A DNA stretch of 64,000 nucleotides from NCBI GenBank assembly GCA_000002435.2, contig CM018793.1. The stretch is one strand, 5' to 3'. The DNA is from Giardia intestinalis (taxonomy: Eukaryota). How positions within the stretch are numbered: the first letter of the stretch is position 1; each line of letters opens with the position of its first letter. A program made the position numbers and the translations under genes. The notes under the pieces were generated by a model. It worked only from the letters and a program-made list of their open reading frames with translations. It had not been told where the DNA came from and ran no database searches. This document shows, piece by piece, positions 17,158 to 25,773 of this stretch.

Positions 17158-19731
17158 ATGTCCGAGGCTATGGTTTTCAGCAAGATCGACGAGTACACGC
17201 TCTTTATGAGCCGGTCTCTCCAGAAATCGCTCAAAACATTTGCTGAGCAGGTCATGGCCCTAATTTATCAGTATAAAGATACGCTTGTCGAGGATAGGCT
17301 TGCTCTCACCAACACCCTCGACGAGGCGGTTCAGATTCTTGTCGACAGTGGCAAGGAGGAGGCGGATAAGCTTGGATTTAATATATACTCTGCGGTGAGT
17401 AGGTATATCAGCGAGATCTGGGCCTCTCAGTCTGGTCAGACAACGGCGGCCCCGCCAGCGACGGATATCGACGGGCTCCACAGGCAGCTTGTTGCTCTCA
17501 AGAATAGCCTTGGCCAAAATGCTGAGCTCTATGAGCAGAGGTGCCAACTTCAGGCGGAGTTGCGCGAACTTCAGGAATTTTCGGAGAACCCCGCGGCAGC
17601 AGTCGAGGAAATTATGCAGCTGAAGGCCCAGATAGATGAGCTCAAGTACGGGGCCTCGAACCACAACGCCCTTGTCCAGGAGAAGAGGGATCTTGAGCGC
17701 CATCTTGCAGACCTGCGCCTCAGTAGACAAGACACTAACTCACGCCTCCCCCAGGAGATCGACAGACTTCGCGCTGAGATCGAGGACGAGAAGCGCAATC
17801 TGCCGCATATGGACGATCTGCAAAGGCAGCGCGACGAGCTCCAGAGGCAGCTAGACACAATCAGGCGCCGGGGCAACACGTCGGGTGTCATGGCCGAGAT
17901 TGAGAACATACAGAGGCAGATAGACGATGCCAACTCCTCTGCGTCGAGCGAGCATGAGCTTCGAATGCTCCGTGCCGAAGTTGAGACTCTCCGTGCCCAG
18001 AAGTCCATCGTCACCCGTCTTGAGGCGGAGAATGCGGATCTGCGCCGAGAGCTACAGGACATTCGTGGCCGTGCTCAGGAAATGAGCGCTAGCCAGCGCT
18101 ACAGCGCCAATCAGGCGCAGGAGCTGCAGGAGAAGGCGATGCAGGCAGAGGAGCTTCTGCAGCAGAAGATTGAGCTTAGGCGCCAGCTTCATGAGGCTCT
18201 AGAGCGAGCAGATGCAGGTGAGGCTGCTCTTCGTGACAAGAGGCGACTTGAAGATGAGATAAAGGGCCTTCAGTTGCGTCTTACCGAAAACGACTTTACG
18301 AAGGAGCGCTCTATCCTCCGGAACGAGATCCAGGCTAAGACTACCGAGATAGACACACTTATCAGTGACCGTCGCGCTCTGGAGACCAAGCTCCTCAATA
18401 AAGAGGCAGAAGTGGATCAGCTTCTTTATGAAAAGCAACTTCTCAAGACAGAGCTGAACTCCTATCGCGGAACAAACGAGGATATAGACAAGCTTACCTT
18501 TGAGAAACGCCAGCTTGTTGAGGAGCTAAACGACCTGCGTGAGAAGACTATCAAATACGACCAATTGGCTCGTGAGAAGGCGGCGCTCGAGACTGAACTC
18601 AAGGAAAACTCGTACAACTTTGACCAGTTGCTTGAACAAAAGCAACAGATGCGTAGCGATCTCAATGCCCTTCGCGAAAAGGCAGCCGACTACGAGCGCG
18701 TCGATCGCGAGCTTCGCCTCAAGGACAAGGAGCTCGAGGAGAAGAATGCTGAGATCGAGAGGCTTCTTGAGGACCGCCGCGTCATGCGTACCGAGCTCCT
18801 CCACTCTAAGGAGTCTGCGACCGATGTTGACAGTTTGATACAAGAGAAGAGGCTGCGTGACCGAGAGCTTGCCCACCTTCGTGACCGCATGAGCGAGTAT
18901 GAGCGTGTGGTAGAAGAGAGGATCCAAAAGGAGAAAGAAAATAACCTTCTTAAGCAGCGTATCACGGAATTGGAGCAGCAGCAGCGCACCGCGACAGTCC
19001 GCGAGACCGAGATGAGTGCCCTCCGTGAGAAGGCTAACGAGTTAGATGGCTACAACCGTGAGCGCCAGGCAAGAGAGCATGAGATCAACATGTTGCGTGA
19101 CAAGGCCTTGGAGTCCGACAAGCTTCGCCAGGATAACAGGGTGATGGCGATGGAATTGACAGAGCTTCGCGAGAAGGTGCAACTTCTCGAGAAACTCCAA
19201 TACGAGAAGAGAGCACGAGACGTAGAGATGCTCGAGTTGCGCCACAAAGCCATGGACGTTGACACTCTTGTTGAGGAGAAGCAACGCCTTGAAATGCGTC
19301 TTGCAGAGCTCAAGATCAAGGTCAATAATTATGATCAGCTGGCAGACGACAAGGCTCGTCTGCAGGAGCAACTGAAAGAAATGTCAGACAAGCTGATAGA
19401 GTTCGAGATGATCATGGATGACAACCGAAGGCTTAAGCTTCAGGTTAAGGAGCTCGACCTTAAGACTGCAAACATGGAGAAGCTTTATGAGGAGTACAAG
19501 AAGCTCGAAGACCAGCTGAAGGCAACGAAGGCGATGACCTCTACAGGCATGGGTGTGTCGGCTGCCTCTCCGGCATTTTACAAGACGAAGAGTATGCGCC
19601 TTACACAACAAAACAACCAGATGAAAAACACAACAGACAACCTCCTAACGCGCGACATTCCCAAGTTGATCGACAAGCTTATTGAGCGCCCTGCGGGGAC
19701 TACAACCATGGGCCGAAGTGGTAAGTTCTGA
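17158..19731 (+). CDS. coiled-coil repeat protein (857 aa)
   Basis: ATG at 17158 preceded by 'ctctaaattaaaaATG'. The central region consists of degenerate 29-residue repeats of the form L-x-x-LR(E/D)KAx-x-(Y/D)-(E/D)-x-x-x-x-EK-x-x-LExEL: LNDLREKTIKYDQLAREKAALETEL, LNALREKAADYERVDRELRLKDKEL, MSALREKANELDGYNRERQAREHEI, LTELREKVQLLEKLQYEKRARDVEM. The antisense ORFs are repeat artefacts. Confidence 0.6.
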   Translation: MSEAMVFSKIDEYTLFMSRSLQKSLKTFAEQVMALIYQYKDTLVEDRLALTNTLDEAVQILVDSGKEEADKLGFNIYSAVSRYISEIWASQSGQTTAAPPATDIDGLHRQLVALKNSLGQNAELYEQRCQLQAELRELQEFSENPAAAVEEIMQLKAQIDELKYGASNHNALVQEKRDLERHLADLRLSRQDTNSRLPQEIDRLRAEIEDEKRNLPHMDDLQRQRDELQRQLDTIRRRGNTSGVMAEIENIQRQIDDANSSASSEHELRMLRAEVETLRAQKSIVTRLEAENADLRRELQDIRGRAQEMSASQRYSANQAQELQEKAMQAEELLQQKIELRRQLHEALERADAGEAALRDKRRLEDEIKGLQLRLTENDFTKERSILRNEIQAKTTEIDTLISDRRALETKLLNKEAEVDQLLYEKQLLKTELNSYRGTNEDIDKLTFEKRQLVEELNDLREKTIKYDQLAREKAALETELKENSYNFDQLLEQKQQMRSDLNALREKAADYERVDRELRLKDKELEEKNAEIERLLEDRRVMRTELLHSKESATDVDSLIQEKRLRDRELAHLRDRMSEYERVVEERIQKEKENNLLKQRITELEQQQRTATVRETEMSALREKANELDGYNRERQAREHEINMLRDKALESDKLRQDNRVMAMELTELREKVQLLEKLQYEKRARDVEMLELRHKAMDVDTLVEEKQRLEMRLAELKIKVNNYDQLADDKARLQEQLKEMSDKLIEFEMIMDDNRRLKLQVKELDLKTANMEKLYEEYKKLEDQLKATKAMTSTGMGVSAASPAFYKTKSMRLTQQNNQMKNTTDNLLTRDIPKLIDKLIERPAGTTTMGRSGKF

Positions 19732-19753
19732 GCCTCTGTGAATTTACACCTGG

Positions 19754-22720
19754 TCATAAGTAGCCTGTGTTAGAAAAGTTAGCAATTTTGTCGTACATGT
19801 ATGGTTTGCAAAAGTTCATCTTTATATGTGGTCGTGACTTCTGTGATATGAGATCGCAGTAGGAGACGATGGCCGGACGTATCCTGTAAACATGCTTAGA
19901 TCGTGCTATGGAATCCAATCTTTTCATTAGCTTTTCGTCGATAGATTGCTGGAGTTGCTGCTTGCGTAAGATATCGCCTGCGTTGAAGGCCAGTGAGAGG
20001 TCTAGAATAGCTGTAGTGGTTTCTGTGATAATGTCTAATGGTTCTTTCGCTCTGGAACCTAGTAGATGAAATGAATCAATCTCTACGCCACTTGTTGCAG
20101 TCGAGGGTTGCTTTCCTTGCGTGCTGTTGCTCTCATAAGATAGGTATTTGCTGGAACGGGGATTAAGGGACAATGGCTCTAAGACGGACTGTCCATTCTT
20201 GTAAAAGCGTATTGTCTCGGTTGCCATATCCACTATGGCGCCTACCACATCGTTGGATCCCAAGAATAGTCCACTGAATCTCCTTTGACCACGCTCAAAG
20301 ATAAATCCATCTGTAGTTATAAAAGCTCCATTGATAGCCGGAGAGTCGCATCCGTGGAATAGCTGCTCTTCATACATTACCCCCAATGCTAGATTTGTAG
20401 CACTGGGGAGGTTCTTGAGGATAAACTCGAAGTACACCTTAGCGAATTTGGAAGATGATAAGATGTACTTATTACATTTGATCGTGACATAGTGCCTAGG
20501 AGTCTTTAGTTCAATATGGAGCCCGCTCACATCAAGATCATAGAGGTCCATATGCTTAAGCATGCAGACGGTTCCATCCAGGATCTGATATTGTTTCACT
20601 AGCTTCCGGCTCTCAAGCACCTCTGTGAGAAGATCTTGGAACGGTTCCGTCCCTGAGGTAAGAGCCATTTTGATTGCATCCTCACTCCACTGTTTGTACA
20701 TTTCACGCATGGCAGCTCTTCTACTACGCATCTCCTCTATAAGGTATTCAAACGGCACTATCTCTACTCGTGTACGTTTAGGGCATTGCTTGGTCCCACA
20801 GGGGTCTCGAGGATGATCACAGGGATGCTCCTGGGCCTCCTCTGATGGGTGGGAGAAAGGATTGGGGGCACTATATATTGTAGCGCTTGTCTCTGATAGC
20901 TCATTATTGGGATTGTTGGTAGTATTAAGCTGATGGAACGAGGAGAACTCCTGGACAGATGGAATGACGACATGCTCCAGGTCCTTTAGGGTTTCGTCAT
21001 CAATGTGAACAGAACTACTATCAATTAATGGAAATAGTTGCTCCTTTAACTCCTGATTTTCCCCTGTTAATAGATTGATCTGTAACGTGACTCCTTGCTT
21101 GTCTTGCAACACGAGATTGTACTTATCTCCATCTAATCCTGACTGTCCTGTGCTCTCCTCATCTCCTGTGAAGGGCGCACGGGATTGTCTTATGGCCGCA
21201 GAAAAGCCTAGGTTAATAAGCTCTTTATTTGCACAGTCCTTCATAAGAATGCACCCGTACGCCCTGATATGCATGAAAAGAAGACCCAAGTCCTTTGTAG
21301 AGACGCGTCGAAGAATCTCTCGATAGATATCTTCTGATACAAGCTTGCAACTGGTCAGTGCTGGTGATGTATATATCTCTGGTGAGACAATATGGCGTGC
21401 AATTAGGACCGTGACAGCATCTATGAATGTGTCCGACTCCAGAGAAATGGCCATTATGAGCAGTTGCGGTAGCTGAGCTATAGGCTTAAAGATCATTTCC
21501 TCTAGCATCTTTAGATCTGCCAGTCTGCGACTCGTTCCCGCTGTCTCCTGAGTTAGCGCAAAGAACGCCTGAAGGTGGTCCCTGTACTCTGTTTCGAGCG
21601 CATCATAGTACTGCAAAGCATCCACTTGGTGATCCACATACACACTATCAATCTGCTTGGCTCCATTTTTCAGCAGCCCCTCATATTTCAACTGCACCTC
21701 CTTCACTGCTTCTATGAAGCTCGCGGTCACCTCATCACAGAGTCGCTTCTCTGCGTATGCCTTCCAGCTTTTGAGACAGTTAAGCCTTTCCTCCCTACGT
21801 ATGTCGATCAGCATATTGAATTCGTTGGTTATTTCAGTTGCATATGTTTCAGCCAGAGAAATGGCAGATGATATCAGTCGCTGCTCACTTATAACAGTGG
21901 GGTGGCGGCAAAAGAGAAGAAAGCGTGCAAAGCCATCGGGATATAAGTGAGGATGAGATCTGTGTGTTTCGCAGGAGGCCATATGGGGGAAGCTTCTGTC
22001 CACTAGCTCTATGGCAGCATCCTCTTCAATAGTCGCAAAGCAGCCCTGAGACTCTCCATAGATGGCGGGGGGAAGGTCACGTGTCTTTTGTGCGTAAAGC
22101 CGTGACATGAGATTGGACTGCCTGGTAAGAGCGCATCTTCGAGTAACAAAGGAAATAAACTTCTGGCCTTTCAAGTTTGTGTAGAGTAGGGAGTCTGAGA
22201 TATGAGATAGAACAGGGGAGCTTGCCTTTAGTTCCTCTGGTGGCACATGCAGAGGAAACTGAACAATTAGCTTCTCTTTTCCGTAGTTTGAGGTTTCTCG
22301 TTGGAAGATCAGTTTCTCCTGAGTGTCTGTCTGGGGAGGAAAGGCCAGCAAGGACCGATCCTTGAGAAGTATGCTCTCCGGATCCTTAAGTATGGCATCT
22401 CTCTCCTCTTGTAGTGTAAGCTCTCTGGAGATAAGGGAAACTAAGGGTGCATATAAAGGAGAATTAATGAGTGTATCTAGGCGCAGAAGAAGCGCTTTAC
22501 TGTACAAGTTGTACCTCTCTGGTTTGGGAAATTTGCCGGGCGCCTTTTCTCTCGCTTTTGCATAAAGATAACAGAGTGCATCATTGATCCCATCCTCTGT
22601 CGTACTTTCATAGTTATTGGCCCAGTACGCCGAGAGGAGGAGCTTGTCTTCCGAAAACGAAAACTCAGTAATGGCAAGGGGCATCGGCCACTCCACGACA
22701 GGGGACGCGGGATAGCCCAT
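19754..22720 (-). CDS. SPRY (B30.2-like) domain-containing protein (988 aa)
   Basis: ATG at 22720 with 'gttaaaataATG' on the coding strand. The segment '...KVYFEFIL...LALGVMYEE...FITTDGFIFERGQRRFSGLFLGSNDVVGAIVDMATETIRFYKNGQSV' fits the SPRY core pattern (G.NDVIG..lD...g.l.FykNG). Confidence 0.4.
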   Translation of the reverse strand: MGYPASPVVEWPMPLAITEFSFSEDKLLLSAYWANNYESTTEDGINDALCYLYAKAREKAPGKFPKPERYNLYSKALLLRLDTLINSPLYAPLVSLISRELTLQEERDAILKDPESILLKDRSLLAFPPQTDTQEKLIFQRETSNYGKEKLIVQFPLHVPPEELKASSPVLSHISDSLLYTNLKGQKFISFVTRRCALTRQSNLMSRLYAQKTRDLPPAIYGESQGCFATIEEDAAIELVDRSFPHMASCETHRSHPHLYPDGFARFLLFCRHPTVISEQRLISSAISLAETYATEITNEFNMLIDIRREERLNCLKSWKAYAEKRLCDEVTASFIEAVKEVQLKYEGLLKNGAKQIDSVYVDHQVDALQYYDALETEYRDHLQAFFALTQETAGTSRRLADLKMLEEMIFKPIAQLPQLLIMAISLESDTFIDAVTVLIARHIVSPEIYTSPALTSCKLVSEDIYREILRRVSTKDLGLLFMHIRAYGCILMKDCANKELINLGFSAAIRQSRAPFTGDEESTGQSGLDGDKYNLVLQDKQGVTLQINLLTGENQELKEQLFPLIDSSSVHIDDETLKDLEHVVIPSVQEFSSFHQLNTTNNPNNELSETSATIYSAPNPFSHPSEEAQEHPCDHPRDPCGTKQCPKRTRVEIVPFEYLIEEMRSRRAAMREMYKQWSEDAIKMALTSGTEPFQDLLTEVLESRKLVKQYQILDGTVCMLKHMDLYDLDVSGLHIELKTPRHYVTIKCNKYILSSSKFAKVYFEFILKNLPSATNLALGVMYEEQLFHGCDSPAINGAFITTDGFIFERGQRRFSGLFLGSNDVVGAIVDMATETIRFYKNGQSVLEPLSLNPRSSKYLSYESNSTQGKQPSTATSGVEIDSFHLLGSRAKEPLDIITETTTAILDLSLAFNAGDILRKQQLQQSIDEKLMKRLDSIARSKHVYRIRPAIVSYCDLISQKSRPHIKMNFCKPYMYDKIANFSNTGYL

Positions 22721-22883
22721 TATTTTAACAAGTGCTCGTCACACGTGGGCGCTCTAGATTTACAATAATCACACAGAAAATCTAATGGTCTTCTTGTCAA
22801 GCCTTTACTAAGGTTTATGGCAGTGTATAGACAGAAAAATAATACAACGCAAGTGAAGGCCCGAGCTGCTGCCTACGCTGCCT

Positions 22884-23492
22884 ATGGCCTCATGGAAGCA
22901 CAACCAAATAGGCTCGTCCGATTTTATCTTTGCCGAGATTGACTGTATGGGGGTCTCCATCATTGTCACCGAGCTGCCCACCGTGTCTTCGCTTCCGCTC
23001 CATTTGCAAGTTTATGATTTTCTCAACGTCACAGCCTTAGTCACATTTGGCCCAGCTAGCTACAGCATGGCACCTATCAGGAATCGTGGCTTGAGCGTCA
23101 CGATGTTTGACTATTCATCTTCAACAGCGCTCACACACAACGCCCTGGCTGAGTGGCAAAGCTTTATGCAGAGGAAAATTCTGGATGCACACTCCTCTCC
23201 CAGACGTGAGCTGATTTGCATATTGGACGATACAGCCGGTGTCAAGACGATCATTCTCTTCTCTCTACTAATGTATCACTGGGGGTGCTCTTTGGAACAT
23301 GCGCTGCAACGTGGCCGAGAGTACTTGCCTCGAGTTGTCCTCACGTCTGAAGAGGAGATCTTTCTGTGCAAGCAAATCTTAGCTACCAAGCAAATATCAC
23401 GTACCAAACGGTTCCTTTTCCTCTTTCGACGGTATGTGCTGCAACTGAGGCTTTGTAAGCGGCGTAAAGAGTATAGTGCTACTCTTCTTTAG
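22884..23492 (+). CDS. dual-specificity-phosphatase-fold protein with a mutated catalytic loop (probable pseudophosphatase)
   Basis: A DUSP-like alignment runs across roughly 120 aa: 'FLNVTALVTF' matches the GITAVLNVS region, and 'LAEWQSFMQRKI' matches the aA helix. 'RELICILDDTAGVKTIILFSLLMY' lies where VxVHCxAGxSRSxTxxxAYLM is expected, so the Cys nucleophile is Asp and the Arg is Lys. The start context is not AT-rich, so the start is uncertain. Confidence 0.4.
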   Translation: MASWKHNQIGSSDFIFAEIDCMGVSIIVTELPTVSSLPLHLQVYDFLNVTALVTFGPASYSMAPIRNRGLSVTMFDYSSSTALTHNALAEWQSFMQRKILDAHSSPRRELICILDDTAGVKTIILFSLLMYHWGCSLEHALQRGREYLPRVVLTSEEEIFLCKQILATKQISRTKRFLFLFRRYVLQLRLCKRRKEYSATLL

Positions 23493-23506
23493 ATCAAGAA
23501 AAAACA

Positions 23507-23827
23507 ATGGCCGTGGCCTCTCCTCTTTTAGAGCAGTTCCTGATGGTCAACTCTGGTAATTTTCAATACAACATCGTTGACAAAGGTGTAGACGGTGATA
23601 TGCTCTTTTACAAAGTTGCATTTTTCCTCATGGACCCCAAGGAGCCCATCCCAGAGGCAATCATTTTTACCTTTTATGAAGGCTCTAGCAATGGAGAAAG
23701 CAACCTTCTGTTTGTTCCCGAAAATTATCACTACAAATGTGACACGCGGTGCATCGCCGAAGGGAAGTTTTCTGCCCTTTTGATGTCACGCTTCAACCAG
23801 AAGTTGCGGGCCAAAGGCCTTACTTAG
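23507..23827 (+). CDS. small hypothetical protein (106 aa)
   Basis: Carries a canonical Giardia initiator, 'agatcaagaaaaaacaATGgcc'. The ORF lies between two confidently called genes. No family recognised. Confidence 0.35.
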   Translation: MAVASPLLEQFLMVNSGNFQYNIVDKGVDGDMLFYKVAFFLMDPKEPIPEAIIFTFYEGSSNGESNLLFVPENYHYKCDTRCIAEGKFSALLMSRFNQKLRAKGLT

Positions 23828-23870
23828 CGGTGTTACAATCTAGTGCGTAAATTTTTCTGTACATGTCAAG

Positions 23871-23877
23871 GTTCACT
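23871..23877 (-). promoter_or_regulatory. AGTGAAC polyadenylation signal overlapping the RPA1 TGA stop codon
   Basis: Plus strand 'gttcact'; the minus strand reads AAG-TGA-AC, i.e. AGTGAAC with TGA as the stop. AGTRAAY is the established Giardia poly(A) signal. Confidence 0.5.
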
Positions 23878-25324
23878 TGAATGCCTCCATGTTCCGCCTA
23901 TAGGCTTGGAGCTGACCCACCAGGTTGTCGAAAATGGTAACGTAGGACGGAGCCAGTTCTATTCCCATCAGGTTCGTTCTGTCTCTTCCATCATACTTCC
24001 CTTGGGTCATCTTGACCGCTACGTCAACCTCCAGAACCTTGGAAAGAAGGTGTAGTTTTTCGTCGTCTCCCCTCTCCATAAACTCATCTGCAGACATGCC
24101 CATGAGGGTGGATGCATAGGGGTCAAAAATCGTTATGCGCGTGTGTGCCAGCACATCAGATATGTTCCCCCCTATGCGCCAGTAATACTTTTCGCCTGCA
24201 CTGGTCTCTTGGCACTTCGGGCAGATGGGACTGTCTCGCAGAGCACACTTGCAGGATGCACACCCCCGATAGGTGGCTAACTCCAGATTACGGTCCAGTA
24301 CGAGAGACACCAAGGCACGCAAGGGCTCGCTACTTGCGAGTTCTCCAAGAGTGCTGTAGGGCATCGTCTTCCAGCCACCTGCTCCCCTGTCGTCGCGCCT
24401 AGGAGAATTGGGCTCCATGTTTGCTCCCGATAGATTAGCACACGCCTCTTTGGCCTCCTGAGACGCCCACCAGAAGCGAAAGTCCTTTAGATTGCCAAGC
24501 TCATCCGGCTTGGATGGAGCGTCAGTAACCAGAAAAATCTTAGTGTGACTTGTGCAAGAACATTGGATACCATACCTCTCGCTGCTTCTGAACTGAACTC
24601 TCGAGAAAACAACAATCTTTCCTGTGAGGTGTGTATCGACGTTGTCTTTCGTGAAGTTGTACGCACTAAGGAACGGCTCTAGTTGCTCCGACCAAATAGA
24701 GACTTTAATGTTCCCTGTCTTATCAACAACCAAAAGGTCTAACCGGGACCACTGGCGAGCCGATTCTGGCGATGAGTAAACCATAGTTGCATCCGAGATG
24801 CCGGCAAGAATGGTACACACATGAGTGTGGGGTTGCTCAGAATCACCTTGCAGCTCGGACCTAAAGCCTACTGAGTTGTGTGTTTGATTCAAAAGGCCTT
24901 TTACAACCTCCTTAGCCTCAGATATGGCCGAAACAGTAGAGAGCGCAGATTCAAGTTGTTTCTCCTTATTTGGTGGCGGGGCAGTGCTAGCTGCTGAGAG
25001 TAGAGTAATGATTGTCCCGCTCTTTATTGAGATCTTATAATCTGACCGCGACATGTCGAACTTTCTGTCTGCTGGAGTCTTTGAGGAAATCCCAATATTC
25101 TTCAACTGTATGATATCCCCCACCGAGATCTGAGGGGAAAACTTATCAGCGTCGGTGAAGCAGTCAACCTTGACGTCTGAAGAATCGTCGTCGAGCAGAA
25201 AAGAGAACCACGGCTTTCCTGTGCGCGTAGTAGCAAGCGGCTTCCTACTAACGACTCTTCCTTGAACTGTGTGCTGACCAAAGTCGACCAAGTCAGCTAT
25301 TCGGGTGATAATTGGTTCCATCAT
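23873..25324 (-). CDS. replication protein A large subunit (RPA1)-like; short form lacking the N-terminal 70N domain
   Basis: The ORF track starts at a TTG (25333); the ATG-ATG pair is at 25324/25321 (MMEPIITRIADL...). Three OB-fold-like segments are present. The last contains a C4 zinc ribbon 'CASCKCALRDSPICPKC', followed by 'YYWRIGGNISDVLAHTRITIFDPYASTLMGMSADEF'. This matches the RPA70 DBD-C signature (C..C...C..C...Y.Y.l...i.D.tg.....F...a..l.G.sA.E). Confidence 0.55.
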   Translation of the reverse strand: MMEPIITRIADLVDFGQHTVQGRVVSRKPLATTRTGKPWFSFLLDDDSSDVKVDCFTDADKFSPQISVGDIIQLKNIGISSKTPADRKFDMSRSDYKISIKSGTIITLLSAASTAPPPNKEKQLESALSTVSAISEAKEVVKGLLNQTHNSVGFRSELQGDSEQPHTHVCTILAGISDATMVYSSPESARQWSRLDLLVVDKTGNIKVSIWSEQLEPFLSAYNFTKDNVDTHLTGKIVVFSRVQFRSSERYGIQCSCTSHTKIFLVTDAPSKPDELGNLKDFRFWWASQEAKEACANLSGANMEPNSPRRDDRGAGGWKTMPYSTLGELASSEPLRALVSLVLDRNLELATYRGCASCKCALRDSPICPKCQETSAGEKYYWRIGGNISDVLAHTRITIFDPYASTLMGMSADEFMERGDDEKLHLLSKVLEVDVAVKMTQGKYDGRDRTNLMGIELAPSYVTIFDNLVGQLQAYRRNMEAFK

Positions 25325-25773
25325 TTTTTGCAATCCTCATAACAGGATGTGAGAGGAGGGGCGATGACTGTGTTGATCCAACCACGTACACTATTGGTCA
25401 ACGCTTCCCAGTGTCACCAGATCAACCGCCTGACAAAATTACAGCTGTATACCTTAATTCCCTTTTGAGAAAGAAAACATTAGGAAGTTAGCAACAACGA
25501 TTGCTCCCACAGAAAACCGCATCAGAGGTGCACGTGCGCTCAAAAAGGCCAAAAAAACAGAATCTTTCGGGCCTCTTTTGGGCCAATCGTTTTTACTGAC
25601 ATGAACAACTGTTAAACGTTGGTGAATAACTAGAAGGCCGCTAAAGATGCGACGATTCACTGGCACGCCACAGCTATAATTTTCTCTCACTATAGGTAAA
25701 AAGATATTGTAAAGCATTACATTAAACCCATCTCTGCGTTAAAAATTAATTATTGGCAGTACTCGGAGGCACC

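Noticed and set aside
17260-19611. Multiple 60-160-aa antisense ORFs inside the coiled-coil genes (for example 17571..18062, 18526..18927, 18690..18989, 19042..19371), and antisense ORFs inside the FG-repeat region (406..663) and other genes
   Set aside because: They lie opposite highly repetitive, codon-biased coding sequence and translate to low-complexity S/R/L-rich peptides. They have no initiator context. They are typical artefacts of repeat-rich genes.
22764-22775. 'ATAATCACACAG' (and a similar 'GATGCACACAG' near 37165) resembling the Giardia intron 3' consensus
   Set aside because: The branch-site portion (CTRAC) does not match. No GTATGT donor lies upstream in a plausible position. 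The first example is in an intergenic promoter region and the second has no partner donor.
23432-23492. Possible 61-nt cis-intron (GTATGT…TTTAG) that would fuse the 202-aa DUSP-fold ORF in frame with the downstream 106-aa ORF
   Set aside because: The phases do work out, as exon 1 ending at 23431 joins frame 2 at 23493. But the interval lacks the conserved Giardia 3' motif (CTRACACACAG-type branch/acceptor). The downstream ORF has its own canonical AT-rich initiator. The DUSP fold is complete without the extension. I treated the frame match as coincidence and kept two genes.
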